Assembly: GCA_000092065.1 (NCBI GenBank)
Contig: CP000589.1
Reading direction: 5' to 3' (one strand)
Length of the DNA: 64,000 nucleotides
Source of the DNA: Ostreococcus lucimarinus
Lineage: Eukaryota
The position numbers and the translations under genes are program-made. The notes under the pieces are model-generated. The model was given only the letters and a program-made list of their open reading frames with translations, made no database searches and was not told where the DNA came from. Positions 27,356 to 36,515 of the stretch are shown here, piece by piece. The number at the start of each line of letters is the position of its first letter. Position 1 is the first letter of the stretch.

Positions 27356-29656
27356 CTAACGCGCGTTGCGCGGTTTGGGGATGGCGACGCCGCTGCGAGT
27401 GCGAGGAAGCTCGGACTGAGGGACGACGCGCGACGCCGGCGGCGAACCGCCGGCGGCGAGATCGGGCGGCGAGCGGACGCCGAGATCGGGTGGAGGTGCG
27501 TGGACGTTTGAGCCGAACATGGACATGCCGGTGGCAAAATGCTGGGAGATTTCGTCGACGGCGTGCGCGGTCGGCGGCGGCGGATTGGATTGGCGCGCCG
27601 GGGCGTCGAAAAATAAGCCGCCGCCGCCGGAGGCGATGCTCGAGAAGACGCCGCCGCCGAGGCCGCCGTTCGAAAAGCCACCGTTGGCCGGAGGGGGTGC
27701 GCCAAACGAAGGTAGCGCCGTTGCCATCGGCATCTGTGGCTGCGGTGGTGGCATCTGCAGCTGCGAAGTCGGACCGAAACCGGGCGGTAGGCCGCGCTGT
27801 TGCTGCGGCTGTTGCTGCGGCTGCCCAAACAAACTCGCCACCGGGATCTGCGTCGTGCGACCTGGCTGCGGTGGCGGCTGTCCCTGTTGCATGTGCTGCT
27901 GGATTTTTGCTTGTTCCATGCGCAAAAGCTCTTGCTGCCGTCGCAGCAACAACATCTGCTGCTCGCTCGGTTGCGACTGGTCTCGCTGCGCCTCCGCTTG
28001 CACCTGTCGTTGACGCGTCAACATCGCCAAAATCTCCTCCGCCGACGCTCCTGGCGCGACTTGTCTGCCGAGCATATCCAACGTGTGTTCATTGAGCGAC
28101 TTTGCTGGCTGTTGAAGCATCACAGGTGGGCCTTGAGGAGGTCGCGGTGCTCCCGGCAACCCCGGCGGCTGCGGCGCGCCGCCCATGCCGGGGAGCGTCG
28201 GTCTGAGACGCGCCAAGACTTCGGATGGTACGCTCTTATCACCGAGCAAGCACAGTAACGAGCGCATGAACTGTACGTTGTCCGTGGCGTGCAGCATCTT
28301 GGATATATCTGCACACGCCGCAGGAAAAGCGTTCAACACGTAATCTCTCGTGCGCATTTGAACCGCTCGAGCGACGTTGTCGCCGGCGGCAAACGGATCT
28401 TCCACACCGAGTGGATATTTGAACGCTTGCCAAGAGCTACCGACGATGAACGTACCATGATACGTGGACGCGTTCACCGCGTTCCGAAACAAATCTTTGA
28501 TGGCGCACAAGTGCGCGAAGAAGCTCACAAAGAGTTCCGCGAGCGTCTCGGTGTTTTCCTTTCCGAAACCCGCGAACTTATCGGCGCGGTACTTTACCGC
28601 CGCGATGTCCCTCGATGCATCACTCACGACGCGAGCTTTACTAACTTTCCAAGTATCGAACTGGTCGTCCTCACTTTTCAAATGCTCCTCGAGTTCGCGC
28701 TTTTCCGATTCCACCAAATCGGGACGAGGAAGCGTGAGCAGCATCGTCGGCGGCAGAATTGGCACTGGTCGGCGCTGCAAATGATGCATACAAAGCAAAC
28801 ACAACGAGTACGAGTTGAACGATCCCTCCATGGCGTTGTTCACATCGTAATGCTTGGCCCAAAGCTTTATCAAGAACACCAAGTCGCGATAACGTTGATC
28901 GATATCCGCGACGACGCCGAGCACGGCGCTCTTGTACACCCCGTCGTTCTCGATGCACACATCGCACGCGACGCCCGTCTGCGGGTCTTTGAACTTGATC
29001 AAAGGCACCCGAGCCTTGGAGATGAGTTGGACGTCGCGGTAATTGCGATACCGCAACTCCGAGGCGACTTTGCGCAACAATTGCGCGCGTTTCGTTCGAC
29101 CCTGGCGCTGTTGTCGACGCGCGCGCACCCCGCCCCGCTGCGATCGGCGCGCCTGCGCTTCTTCCTTTTCATCGTACCACGGTCCATTCTTGTCTATCTG
29201 CAGCGAAATATCTATATCGCTCCCCGCCGAGTGAAACGCGCTCACGTACGACCCAAACGGCGCCACCCGCACGCCCTCGAACCGCGTGCTGATCATCGTT
29301 TTAAACTTATTCATCAGCGCCTGTCGCTTCGCATCGTCCTGCGGCGTCGTCTTCAACGAATTCACTATCCTACGCAACTCCGAGTCTAACTTTTCCATCG
29401 CCTCTCGCGTCGGCGTCCCCGCGCTCGTCCCCGCGCTCGCCTCCTCGCGCGCCTCCTCGCCCCATCGCCCGTCCCCGTCCGTCGTCACGCGCGCGTCCGC
29501 CATCGCGATCCTCGCCCGCACGCGTCCCAGCACCGTCGCCGGCGACACCCACTCCCGCGGATCCCGCGCGTCGTCGTCCTCCTCCTCGCGCGCGTCCGCC
29601 TCCTCGTCCGAGCGCCCGTCGCTCGACGACCGCGCGTCCTCCTCGCGCGTCGACAT
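27356..29656 (-). CDS. Non-canonical poly(A)/poly(U) RNA polymerase (Cid1/GLD2/Trf4-type nucleotidyltransferase) with C-terminal P/Q-rich region
   Basis: Pol-beta NTase motif (FGSYVSAFHSAGSDIDISL) and a PAP-associated domain (LVFLIKLWAKHYDVNNAMEGSFNSYSLCLLCMHHLQ). The ORF listed to 30052 is Arg-rich upstream; ATG 29654-29656 (MSTREEDARSSS) is the likely start, but this is uncertain. Confidence 0.7.
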   Translation of the reverse strand: MSTREEDARSSSDGRSDEEADAREEEDDDARDPREWVSPATVLGRVRARIAMADARVTTDGDGRWGEEAREEASAGTSAGTPTREAMEKLDSELRRIVNSLKTTPQDDAKRQALMNKFKTMISTRFEGVRVAPFGSYVSAFHSAGSDIDISLQIDKNGPWYDEKEEAQARRSQRGGVRARRQQRQGRTKRAQLLRKVASELRYRNYRDVQLISKARVPLIKFKDPQTGVACDVCIENDGVYKSAVLGVVADIDQRYRDLVFLIKLWAKHYDVNNAMEGSFNSYSLCLLCMHHLQRRPVPILPPTMLLTLPRPDLVESEKRELEEHLKSEDDQFDTWKVSKARVVSDASRDIAAVKYRADKFAGFGKENTETLAELFVSFFAHLCAIKDLFRNAVNASTYHGTFIVGSSWQAFKYPLGVEDPFAAGDNVARAVQMRTRDYVLNAFPAACADISKMLHATDNVQFMRSLLCLLGDKSVPSEVLARLRPTLPGMGGAPQPPGLPGAPRPPQGPPVMLQQPAKSLNEHTLDMLGRQVAPGASAEEILAMLTRQRQVQAEAQRDQSQPSEQQMLLLRRQQELLRMEQAKIQQHMQQGQPPPQPGRTTQIPVASLFGQPQQQPQQQRGLPPGFGPTSQLQMPPPQPQMPMATALPSFGAPPPANGGFSNGGLGGGVFSSIASGGGGLFFDAPARQSNPPPPTAHAVDEISQHFATGMSMFGSNVHAPPPDLGVRSPPDLAAGGSPPASRVVPQSELPRTRSGVAIPKPRNAR

Positions 29657-29828
29657 CGCGCCGTCGCCGGCGCCCGCGCCGTCGACGGCCGTCCGTCGCC
29701 GCGCGCGTCGTGTGCGGCGCGTCGCGCCGCGCGCGCGCGGTCGCGCGACCGAATCGTCGATCGGGCGATTGTCGACGACGAGTCGGGACTCGAGCGCGAC
29801 CCCCTCGCGCGCCGCCCTCGTATTCGCG

Positions 29829-29885
29829 CGCGAAAACGTCCGTGCTCGCGAAAACGTCCGTGCTCGCGAAAACGTCGATCGCGCG
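29829..29885. repeat. Tandem 18-bp repeat (CGCGAAAACGTCCGTGCT x2.x) in the divergent intergenic region between the poly(A)-polymerase-like and FtsH genes
   Basis: Direct reading: cgcgaaaacgtccgtgct cgcgaaaacgtccgtgct cgcgaaaacgtcgatcgcgcg. Confidence 0.8.
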
Positions 29886-29890
29886 GACCC

Positions 29891-29961
29891 GCGCGATCGA
29901 TCGATCGTCGATCGCGCGAAATCGAAAAACCTCGCGCGATCGATCGATCGTCGATCGCGCG
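29891..29961. repeat. Two copies of GCGCGATCGATCGATCGTCGATCGCGCG (~43-bp period) built of CGAT/GATC micro-palindromes
   Basis: Direct reading of 29881-29970; lies in the same bidirectional promoter region. Confidence 0.75.
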
Positions 29962-30540
29962 ATCGATCGCGCGACGTCGTCCGACGGCGTGACGTCGACG
30001 TCACGCGCGACGCGCGCGTCGGCACACACGCGCGCGAGTTTCGACGACGCACGATGCACGCCGCGAGCGCGCGAACGATCGCGACGACCGCGCCGCGGGC
30101 GAATAAAAATGTTTCCGAGCGCCGCGCGCGACGGGGGGCGCACGCGCGACGCGCGGCGGCGAGAGAGGTGCGCGAACGATGCGACGCGACGCGCGATGCG
30201 GGCGCGTGGGGTCGGGGGGGGACGCGACGCGCGATGCAGGCGCGCGCGAACGCGCGCGGGGGACGAAGGCGCGCGAATGCGATGGGGGACGTTTGCGCGA
30301 CGCGAACGGCGGCGCGCGCGGCGGTGGATCGCGCGGGCGTCGTCGGGAAGGGGTGGATAAGCGAGATGACGATGGATGACGACGTGGCCCTGGACCGGGG
30401 CGACGACGCGCGGGCGGGCGGCGACGCTCGCGACGATTGGCGAACGCGGGTGACTGACGGTGATGATTGGGTTTGTGAACGCGTAGGATACGACGAACGA
30501 TGTCGCTAAAGTGGCGGCGACGCTCGCGGCGGTGGCGGCG

Positions 30541-32496
30541 ATGACGAACGGCGCGTTCGCCGGGGCGGCGCGCGCGGACGCGTTCAACGCGGCGCCGACG
30601 GAACAAGTGCAACAACAGCGCGGTGAGGCGGTGTCCGCGTTCGCGGATGCGTCCAAGGAAGCACCGGCGGTGAACGCCGATGGGTTGCCGGAAGGGAACA
30701 ACTGGCGTTACAGCGAATTCATCAAGGCGGTGATGAGCGGCAAGGTTGAGCGCGTGCGCTTCTCCAAGGATGGCTCCGCGTTGCAGTTGACCGCGGTCAA
30801 CGGTGCGCGCGCGACCGTCATCTTGCCCAACGATCCGGAACTCGTCGACATCCTGGCCAAGAATGGTGTCGACATCTCCGTCAGCGAAGGCGAGCAACAG
30901 GGCAACGCCGCCTCTTTGGTCGGCAACTTGTTGTTCCCGCTCGTGGCGTTCGGAGGTTTGTTCTTCTTGTTCCGCCGCGCGCAAGGTGGCGATGGCGGCA
31001 TGGGTGGCATGGGTGGTATGGGCGGTGGACCCATGGACTTCGGTAAGTCCAAGTCCAAGTTCCAAGAAGTTCCGGAAACCGGTGTGACGTTCGCGGACGT
31101 CGCCGGCGTCGAAGGCGCCAAGTTGGAATTGCAAGAAGTCGTCGACTTTTTGAAGAACCCAGACAAGTACACCGCGCTCGGTGCCAAGATCCCGAAGGGT
31201 TGCCTTTTGGTCGGTCCGCCGGGTACCGGTAAGACCCTGATCGCCAAGGCGGTCGCCGGTGAAGCCGGTGTGCCGTTCTTCTCTTGCGCCGCGTCCGAGT
31301 TCGTCGAACTCTTCGTCGGCGTTGGCGCGTCTCGCGTTCGCGACTTGTTCGAAAAGGCCAAGGCCAAGGCTCCGTGCATCATCTTCATCGATGAAATCGA
31401 CGCCGTCGGTCGCCAACGTGGCTCCGGTATGGGTGGTGGCAACGACGAGCGCGAACAGACCATCAACCAGCTTCTCACCGAGATGGATGGTTTCGAAGGC
31501 AACACGGGCGTCATCGTCCTTGCGGCGACGAACAGACCGGACGTGCTCGATAGCGCGCTCCTTCGCCCGGGACGTTTCGATCGTCAAGTTACCGTCGATC
31601 GTCCGGACGTCGCTGGTCGCATCCGCATCCTCAAGGTGCACGCCCGTGGCAAGACTTTGGCCAAGGACGTCGACTTCGACAAGATCGCTCGCCGTACGCC
31701 GGGTTTCACGGGTGCCGATTTGGAAAACCTCATGAACGAGTCCGCGATTCTCGCCGCGCGCCGTGAACTCACGGAAATCTCCAAGGAAGAAATCGCCGAT
31801 GCTCTCGAGCGCATCATCGCCGGTGCCGCCAGAGAAGGTGCCGTCATGTCTGAGAAGAAGAAGAAGCTCGTGGCGTACCACGAAGCTGGCCACGCGCTCG
31901 TCGGGGCCCTCATGCCGGATTACGACGCCGTGACGAAGATTTCCATCGTCCCGCGCGGTAACGCCGGTGGTTTGACTTTCTTCGCCCCGAGCGAAGAGCG
32001 TCTCGAATCTGGCTTGTACTCTCGCACGTACCTTGAGAACCAAATGGCTGTCGCCATGGGTGGTCGCGTCGCCGAAGAACTCATCTTCGGCGCTGAAGAC
32101 GTCACCACGGGCGCGTCCGGTGATTTCCAGCAAGTCACCCGCACCGCGCGTATGATGATCGAGCAAATGGGTTTCTCCAAGCGAATTGGTCAAATCGCCA
32201 TCAAGTCTGGCGGCGGTAACTCTTTCCTTGGCAACGACATGGGTCGCGCCGCTGATTACTCCGCCGCCACCGCCGCCATCGTCGATGAAGAAGTCAAGAT
32301 CTTGGTCACTGCGGCCTACCGCCGCGCCAAGGACTTGGTTCAATTGAACATGGACGTCTTGCACGCCGTCGCGGACGTGTTGATGGAGAAGGAGAACATC
32401 GACGGCGACGAATTCGAGCGCATCATGCTCGGCGCCAAGTCGGAGCTCTACCTCAAGGCGGACGAGCCTTCGGTCGCAGTGCCGTACCAAAACTGA
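30541..32496 (+). CDS. ftsH: ATP-dependent zinc metalloprotease FtsH (thylakoid type)
   Basis: FtsH_ext-like N-domain (NNWRYSEF...), Walker A/B (GPPGTGKT; [10 protein letters not shown]), SRH, HEAGHA zinc site and C-terminal helices. The first ATG in the exon is 30541, but the frame opens right after TAG at 30484-30486. An upstream exon at 30108..30167 is possible (see findings). Confidence 0.9.
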   Translation: MTNGAFAGAARADAFNAAPTEQVQQQRGEAVSAFADASKEAPAVNADGLPEGNNWRYSEFIKAVMSGKVERVRFSKDGSALQLTAVNGARATVILPNDPELVDILAKNGVDISVSEGEQQGNAASLVGNLLFPLVAFGGLFFLFRRAQGGDGGMGGMGGMGGGPMDFGKSKSKFQEVPETGVTFADVAGVEGAKLELQEVVDFLKNPDKYTALGAKIPKGCLLVGPPGTGKTLIAKAVAGEAGVPFFSCAASEFVELFVGVGASRVRDLFEKAKAKAPCIIFIDEIDAVGRQRGSGMGGGNDEREQTINQLLTEMDGFEGNTGVIVLAATNRPDVLDSALLRPGRFDRQVTVDRPDVAGRIRILKVHARGKTLAKDVDFDKIARRTPGFTGADLENLMNESAILAARRELTEISKEEIADALERIIAGAAREGAVMSEKKKKLVAYHEAGHALVGALMPDYDAVTKISIVPRGNAGGLTFFAPSEERLESGLYSRTYLENQMAVAMGGRVAEELIFGAEDVTTGASGDFQQVTRTARMMIEQMGFSKRIGQIAIKSGGGNSFLGNDMGRAADYSAATAAIVDEEVKILVTAAYRRAKDLVQLNMDVLHAVADVLMEKENIDGDEFERIMLGAKSELYLKADEPSVAVPYQN

Positions 32497-32631
32497 TTCG
32501 CGCGCCAAAAGCAACACATTCGAAACGATAGATGTATCTAATAGCAATTACAACTGACATGTAGTCGAACCATTCACCGTTGAACCGAACCGAACCGAAC
32601 CGCGCTCGACGTTCGTCGTCGCGCGTCTCGT

Positions 32632-32817
32632 CTACTTCTTCCCCACGCGTCGCCCCGTCCCTCGGAACTTCCCTTTCCCGCGCGTCCGCCCGCGCCCGCC
32701 GAACGCCTCTCGCAGATCATCCCTCACCCTTCGCACGCATCTCGACGCGAACGCGAACGCGTCGACGCCGTATCGCGCTTTAAAGTGCTCGTTCGCCGTC
32801 TTCGCGAGCATCGCCAT
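32632..32817 (-). CDS. Small basic Gly/Arg/Lys-tailed ORF (61 aa), hypothetical
   Basis: MAMLAKTANEHFKARYGVDAFAFASRCVRRVRDDLREAFGGRGRTRGKGKFRGTGRRVGKK with high GC3. No family recognised. Confidence 0.2.
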   Translation of the reverse strand: MAMLAKTANEHFKARYGVDAFAFASRCVRRVRDDLREAFGGRGRTRGKGKFRGTGRRVGKK

Positions 32818-32965
32818 CAGACCAAACTTCACGACGGCGTCGCTCGACACCGCGGTGCGCCTCTTCGGGACGAGCGCCCCCGTCGCGCGGTCGAACGCGT
32901 CGCCGACGGCGCCCGCGCGACGGGGCGCGCGTCGAGGCATGACGCGGCGAAGTGCGGCACCGCAC

Positions 32966-33367
32966 ATGGCGACTCGCAAGGTGACCATCGCGACGCTCAC
33001 GCGCGACGCGCGGTGCGAGACGCGCGACGACGGCGCGGTGACGTTCACGCTCGATCGGGCGCGATCGGGCGCGCGCGCGACGGCGCTGCGCGCGGTGTGG
33101 ACGCAGGGCGAGGCGATGGAGGACGACGGGGCGCGCCTCATCGTGCGCGACGGTGACGCGCGCGTGCGCGTGCGACGACGCGCGACGGCGACGGCGGTGC
33201 GCGAGGGGACGTACGTGTGCGTGCGGGGCGAGCCGGCGCGCGCGAGCGACGGAGAGGTGGAACTGGCGAACGCGGTGGTGGCGGCGGCGGAGGACGCGGG
33301 ACGACGCGAGGCGTGGAGCGACGAGTGCGCGGAGGCGTGGCGCGCGATCGAGCGGCTCGAGGGATGA
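32966..33367 (+). CDS. Small OB-fold-like protein (TEN1/RPA3-like pattern), hypothetical
   Basis: MATRKVTIATLTRDARCETRDDGAVTFTLDRA...YVCVRGEPARASDGEVELANAVV with alternating beta-strand pattern and very high GC3. Two TGTAA signals lie downstream at 33517 and 33531. Confidence 0.3.
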   Translation: MATRKVTIATLTRDARCETRDDGAVTFTLDRARSGARATALRAVWTQGEAMEDDGARLIVRDGDARVRVRRRATATAVREGTYVCVRGEPARASDGEVELANAVVAAAEDAGRREAWSDECAEAWRAIERLEG

Positions 33368-33550
33368 TCGCGTGTGTATCAAAACCATTCCAGCACATGC
33401 ACCTGTTGGAGACAATGTCTAATAGACCGCCTCGGGAACGCGGACGTCTCGCAGGAAAAAGCCAGACTTTTGATTCGGCGCGTAGCGTAGCGTATCGCGT
33501 AAGAATGATGATGTACATGTAACAACAGATGTAAAACTAAGGTGAATGTT

Positions 33551-34651
33551 TCAAAAGAATCGATCGTTCGTGGCGTTGAACTCGATTCGCAGGCGCGGCC
33601 GACCGCGCGGTCCCGTTCGACGACTCGGTTCGCTTTGCGCTTCTCGAGAGACGGGCAAGGACAGCACGGGATATTGCGTGATGAATCGCACGACTTGGTG
33701 TAATGGGTGCGTAAGCGAGACGAGCGCGCTGAGCGGGCCGCTGCACAACCCCAGAAGCGCGCGTCCGACGCCCGCGATGGGCTCGGCGATTCGCGGCGCC
33801 ATTTCGGGCTCCGCCGTCACCGCCGCGGACGCCATGAGATCGATCCCAATCTCGCTCAATCCCGCACCGAGGTACAAAAACACAAACAAACTGTGCGTCC
33901 ACTCGCACGCGTGGCTAAAAGTCGCGAGCGAGCGGAAGAACCGATTCCCCTTTCTGATCTCTCGGTTGGCCCAAATCCGCGCCTCGTTCGCCGACACCAC
34001 GGGCACCAACTGCCTCGGCCTCGTCAGCGTCTCCGCGTCGTCCCCCCCGAGCACCGTATTCAACACCGTTCGCAGCGCGAACTTCGCGTACTGCTCCACG
34101 CGATCGTGCGCGCACGGCGAGAACCACTGCGCCAGCCTCGCCGCCGCCGGCGCCTTGGCCAACGCGAACGTCTCCCCGCACACCCGACACGCGTTCTCCT
34201 CCACGCCGTGCGTGCGCAGCGACACGCGCTGCCACCGCCTGAGACAGTGCACGTGTACGAACGCCGCCGTTCCCGCGCACGCGCACGGGCTCACGAGATC
34301 GCCGCGCGGCTCGAAGCAAAATCGACAACTCGGCCGCGCGGCTTCGTCGCCGTCCTCGTCGCCGTCGTCCTCCTCGTCCTCCATCGCCGTCGTCGCCGCC
34401 GTCTTCGCGCTCGCGCGCGCGCTCGACGTTCGTCGACGTCCCTCCGCGCTCGCGAACCACCGTCTCGCGCGCGCGTCGTCGTCGCCGTCGTCGTCGTCGT
34501 CGCCGTCGCGAATTCTGTCGAGCGCGCGCTCGTCAACCTCGAGCGCGAGCGCGAGCGCGTCCCGCGCGCGCCGCGACGCCGCGGCGCGCTCGCGATCGGC
34601 GCGCGCCTTGACCGCGCACGCCGCGCACGCGACGAGCGCGAGCGGGAGCAT
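33551..34651 (-). CDS. RING-CH (RINGv/MARCH-type C4HC3) zinc-finger membrane protein, likely E3 ubiquitin ligase
   Basis: The RING-CH spacing is seen in CRFCFEPRGDLVSPCACAGTAAFVHVHCLRRWQRVSLRTHGVEENACRVCGETF. Signal-like N-terminus and a C-terminal TM segment. Confidence 0.7.
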   Translation of the reverse strand: MLPLALVACAACAVKARADRERAAASRRARDALALALEVDERALDRIRDGDDDDDGDDDARARRWFASAEGRRRTSSARASAKTAATTAMEDEEDDGDEDGDEAARPSCRFCFEPRGDLVSPCACAGTAAFVHVHCLRRWQRVSLRTHGVEENACRVCGETFALAKAPAAARLAQWFSPCAHDRVEQYAKFALRTVLNTVLGGDDAETLTRPRQLVPVVSANEARIWANREIRKGNRFFRSLATFSHACEWTHSLFVFLYLGAGLSEIGIDLMASAAVTAEPEMAPRIAEPIAGVGRALLGLCSGPLSALVSLTHPLHQVVRFITQYPVLSLPVSREAQSEPSRRTGPRGRPRLRIEFNATNDRFF

Positions 34652-34668
34652 GGCGCGCGCGAGTCGGT

Positions 34669-34694
34669 GCCGTCACACGTCGACGTGTGACGGC
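34669..34694. promoter_or_regulatory. Perfect 26-bp palindrome GCCGTCACACGTCGACGTGTGACGGC at the RING-CH / small Cys-rich gene head-to-head junction
   Basis: It is its own reverse complement and is centred on GTCGAC. It lies 18 nt from the RING-CH ATG and between the two candidate ATGs of the divergent small gene. Confidence 0.6.
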
Positions 34695-34721
34695 ACGCGC
34701 GCGCGCGGCGCTCGCCGCGCG

Positions 34722-35230
34722 ATGCGGCGACGACGGCGCTCGCGCGCGCGCGCGCGCGCGGTGGTCATCGCGTGCGTCGTCGCCGCGCTGTGCGCGGGGT
34801 GCGAGGTGCGCGCGCGACGCCGCGGGCGCGCGAAGGCGACGTCGCGAACATCGTTGACGCGACGACGAACGACTGACGACGACGACGCGACGACGGGGGC
34901 TCGCGACGCGCGCAGGGCGCGAGCGGGAATAAAAAACGACGGCAGCGCGCGCACCGCGCGAATTCGCTCGATCGAGAGCTGTCGGTGAAGCGGGAGGCGT
35001 GCGCGGCGAGCGCGCGCGCGGAGCGGCCCGAGTGCGACGACGGGGACGACGCGTCGGTGATGGAGAATTGCGTGTTGAGGTGCGCGAGCGCGAGTTGTTA
35101 CGACGAAGTGTACGGACGCGATGCGCTGGAGGAGGGAGAGGTGGACACGGAGCGTGGACGGGCGTTTCGGTCGTGCGCGAGGGAGGAGTTGAGGCGGTTG
35201 CGCGGGTATCAGACGTTCGGGACGGAGTGA
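34722..35230 (+). CDS. Small Cys-rich protein with N-terminal signal-like segment; two exons 34722..34805 and 34916..35230 (alternative ATG 34650)
   Basis: Exon 1 encodes MRRRRRSRARARAVVIACVVAALCAGCE. The 110-nt intron has donor GAG|GTGCGCGCGCG, branch CGACTGACGACG and acceptor CGCGCAG. Exon 2 (GASGNKKRRQ...REACAASARAERPECDDGDDASVMENCVLRCASASCYDEVYG...SCAREELRRLRGYQTFGTE*) has high GC3. Phase 0 on both sides. Confidence 0.5.
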
Positions 35231-35349
35231 CGCGACGACGGCCGTTTCGCGACGCGCGCGTTCGCGCCGTCGCGCGCGCGAACGCGCGCGTAGTCGTAGA
35301 CGTAGTGTAGTGAAGTGAATTAAAATTAGACAGCGGCGCGTGAACAAAT

Positions 35350-36012
35350 CTACTTTTCCTCAACCGCCGACGACTCGTCGCCGACGACGTCCGCCTCACC
35401 CGCGAACACCCCCTTCTGCGCGTACACCACCGCCATGAGCAGCACATCCGCCGAAAACACCCCCGCAAACGATTTCCACACGAACGGAATCAACACGTTC
35501 ACCAACGGCATCGCCACAAACAACAAATTCAACGCGTCCTTTTCCTTGGCGTCGCAGTCCCGCGCCCGCAGGCTCGGCACCGTAAACATCCACAAGCTCC
35601 ACATCCCCATCAACCGCGCGATCGACGGTTCATCCGACGGATATATCACATTAAACGCCAACAATCCACCGACGATGACGGCCAGATACGCCTGTACCTC
35701 GAACACCGTGTACAAAACGCTTCCCTTGTACGCCGGGTTCTTCTTCTTCTTCGCCTCCCCCGACGAGCTCGGCGCGAACGTCGTCGCCGTCTTCTTGACG
35801 AACTTGCTCAGATTGCGCTCGAGTTCGGCGTCGGTGATGCTCTTCGTTTTATCGTCGTCCGTGTCCGTCGTCGCGCGCGTCGTCGTCGTCGTCGCGCGTT
35901 CGACGCGCGCGAGGTGCGTCGTCGTCGTCGTCGTCATCGCGCGTCTGTTTCGCGCGCGCGCGCTCGCGGGCGCACCGCGCGCGACGCCGAGGCGCGCACC
36001 GATCGTCATCAT
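35350..36012 (-). CDS. Small membrane protein (two TM helices), hypothetical, presequence-bearing
   Basis: 220 aa from the MM start at 36007-36012. Arg/Ala/Thr-rich presequence, then ...VLYTVFEVQAYLAVIVGGLLAFNVIYPSDEPSIARLMGMWSLWMFTVPSLRARDC...LLFVAMPLVNVLIPFVWKSF... Confidence 0.45.
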   Translation of the reverse strand: MMTIGARLGVARGAPASARARNRRAMTTTTTTHLARVERATTTTTRATTDTDDDKTKSITDAELERNLSKFVKKTATTFAPSSSGEAKKKKNPAYKGSVLYTVFEVQAYLAVIVGGLLAFNVIYPSDEPSIARLMGMWSLWMFTVPSLRARDCDAKEKDALNLLFVAMPLVNVLIPFVWKSFAGVFSADVLLMAVVYAQKGVFAGEADVVGDESSAVEEK

Positions 36013-36515
36013 CGCGCGCGACGTTCGCGCGCCGTTCGCGCGGCGTCGTGTGCGGCGCGGCGCGCGTCGATCGCGTCGGTGGATAACATTGGCGCCGCGC
36101 GCGAGTGTCAAATCTCTCGACGTCGCGACGACGCGCGGCACACGCGCGCGCGGCGACGCCGAGCGCGCGCGCCAACGGCGAGGATGGTGCGCGCGAACGA
36201 TGCGCGTCGAACGGCGCGCGCGATGCGCGCTCGCGACGCGCGCGCGCGCGCGGCGGGAGATGATTGCGTCGAACGAACGAATGCGCGACGACGCGTTCGA
36301 CGCGCTGACGACGACGCGATGAGGGACTGACGACGGCGCGAACGCGCGAACGCGCGCAGAGTTCGTTCGTGAAAGCGGGGTCGTACGACCCGACGCTCGT
36401 GGACGTGGAGCTGACGGCGGAGGAGGCGAAGACGCGGGCCAACCGCCGGGACGCGTTTCGGGAGCACCTGCGCGCGACGCTCGCGGAGAAGGAGCTCGTG
36501 GGGGCGTTCGCGAAG

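Noticed and set aside
26076-27359. Plus-strand 427-aa ORF antisense to the MFS transporter
   Set aside because: The minus strand encodes a clear 12-TM MFS protein. The plus ORF is its low-complexity antisense.
28289-32547. ORFs 28289..29389(+), 29286..30509(+), 29370..30701(-), 30001..32547(-, 848 aa)
   Set aside because: Antisense or out-of-frame relative to the nucleotidyltransferase and FtsH genes. The 848-aa ORF is the antisense of FtsH and is rich in Arg, Val, Gly and Asp from the GC-rich complement.
33546-34690. Plus ORFs 33546..34988 and 33707..34690 as single long genes
   Set aside because: Most of their length is antisense to the RING-CH gene. Only the 3' segment from ~34650/34722 is kept, as exon 1 of the spliced Cys-rich gene.
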